This document shows, in pieces, positions 62,925 to 64,000 of a stretch of DNA of 64,000 bases. Source of the stretch: an uncultured Planctomycetaceae bacterium (lineage in GTDB: Bacteria > Planctomycetota > Planctomycetia > Planctomycetales > Planctomycetaceae); assembly GCA_963976765.1 (NCBI GenBank), contig CAXBME010000023.1:1-64000 (forward strand). The letters are read 5' to 3'. A program made the position numbers and the translations under genes. The notes beneath the pieces are model-generated. The model saw only the letters and a program-made list of their open reading frames with translations. It made no database searches and had not been told where the DNA came from. The first letter of the stretch is position 1; the number at the start of each line of letters is the position of its first letter.

Positions 62925-64000
62925 TTACATCATGCCGGGCATGCCGCCCATTCCTCCCATGCCACCCATTCCTGGCATTCCGCCGCCCATTCCGCCCATG
63001 CCCATGTCGTCATGGTGGTGGTCGTGGTGATCGTCTTCTTCTTCGGCGGGTTCTTCGACAATGATACATTCAGTGGTCAGCAGAAGACCTGCCACACTGG
63101 CTGCGTTCTGCAAGGCTGATCGAACCACTTTGGTCGGATCAACGACGCCGAACTTGATCATGTCGCCATACTGATTGTTCAGCGCGTCGTAGCCGTGAGT
63201 CTTATCTTTCGATTTTGAGACCCGGTTAGCGACCACGGCTCCGTCGATGCCGGCATTTTCAGCGATGGTTCGAATCGGCAGGCTGAGGACGTTCCTGATG
63301 ATCTCAACGCCGTATTTTTCGTCACCCTTCGCGTCGACTTTGTCCAGAGCTGAAGCACAGCGAACCAGAGCGACACCACCGCCGGGAACTACGCCTTCTT
63401 CGACAGCAGCTCGCGTTGCAGCAAGAGCGTCGTCAAAGAGGTCTTTGCGTTCCTTCATTTCAGTCTCGGTTGCGGCACCGACTTTGATTTCAGCAACGCC
63501 GCCGGCGAGTTTCGCCAGTCGTTCCTGAAGTTTCTCAGTGTCGTATTCGCTGTCCGTGACTTCGATTTCGGCGCGAATCTGGTCGCAACGACCGTTGATG
63601 GCGTCTTTCGAGCCAGCGCCCTTAACGACAGTTGTGTTCTCGGCGTCGACGATGATCTTCTTTGCCTTGCCGAGATCAGCAAGTTCGACGCCTTCAAGTT
63701 TGATGCCGAGGTCTTTGAAAATCGCCTTGCCGCCGGTGAGGACCGCGAGGTCTTCCAGCATGGCCTTGCGGCGATCGCCGTAGCCTGGAGCTTTGACCGC
63801 ACAGACCTTGAGGATGCCGCGGAGCTTGTTGACAACCAGAGTTGCCAGGGCTTCCCCTTCGACGTCTTCGGCGATGATCAGCAGCGGTGCTCCGGCTTTG
63901 GAGACTTTCTCCAGCAGCGGGACCAGATCCTTAACGTTCGAAATCTTTTCTTCGAAGATCAGGATGTGGCAGTTGTCGAGTTCGACCTTCTGGGCATCTT
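62925..64000 (-). CDS. groEL: Chaperonin GroEL, 5' part beyond window (His-rich plus GGM tail)
   Basis: [30 protein letters not shown] and VVPGGG; tail [14 protein letters not shown]. Confidence 0.96.
   Translation of the reverse strand, partial: DAQKVELDNCHILIFEEKISNVKDLVPLLEKVSKAGAPLLIIAEDVEGEALATLVVNKLRGILKVCAVKAPGYGDRRKAMLEDLAVLTGGKAIFKDLGIKLEGVELADLGKAKKIIVDAENTTVVKGAGSKDAINGRCDQIRAEIEVTDSEYDTEKLQERLAKLAGGVAEIKVGAATETEMKERKDLFDDALAATRAAVEEGVVPGGGVALVRCASALDKVDAKGDEKYGVEIIRNVLSLPIRTIAENAGIDGAVVANRVSKSKDKTHGYDALNNQYGDMIKFGVVDPTKVVRSALQNAASVAGLLLTTECIIVEEPAEEEDDHHDHHHDDMGMGGMGGGMPGMGGMGGMGGMPGMM

Noticed and set aside
62925..63030. Short nucleotide repeats near the groEL end
   Set aside because: Explained by the GGM/His-rich protein tail

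Overview
This is a Planctomycetales-type chromosomal window (DUF1559 prepilin-like protein, formylglycine sulfatase, tandem groEL-groES-groEL). The left 26 kb is an integrative, plasmid-like element sitting at the 3' end of a tRNA-Gln(TTG) gene. Its backbone has a tyrosine integrase and excisionase-like HTH, RepA-ParA-ParB, Replic_Relax-type relaxase-like genes, a broken VirD4/TraG coupling protein and a cluster of small leading-region-like genes. Its cargo is (i) a tightly packed four-gene operon in which a SIR2-APAZ/short Argonaute pair (SPARSA type) is preceded by a 428-aa unknown protein and a 377-aa PD-(D/E)XK nuclease, and (ii) a module of an atypical Ser/Thr kinase, an HTH-pseudokinase fusion and a membrane-anchored degenerate Cas4-like protein. 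A frameshifted IS630 lies near the left edge, and the element's other att end is not visible. The right 38 kb is host DNA: a TlpA-like protein, asnB, a VWA/two-component operon, comF, MoxR-VWA-NHL, lhr, an SLC13 transporter, a methyltransferase, DUF1559, a eukaryote-like tripeptidyl-peptidase II, a hydrolase-M14 fusion, an arylsulfatase and the chaperone operon. All family calls come from reading motifs by eye; no database searches were run.
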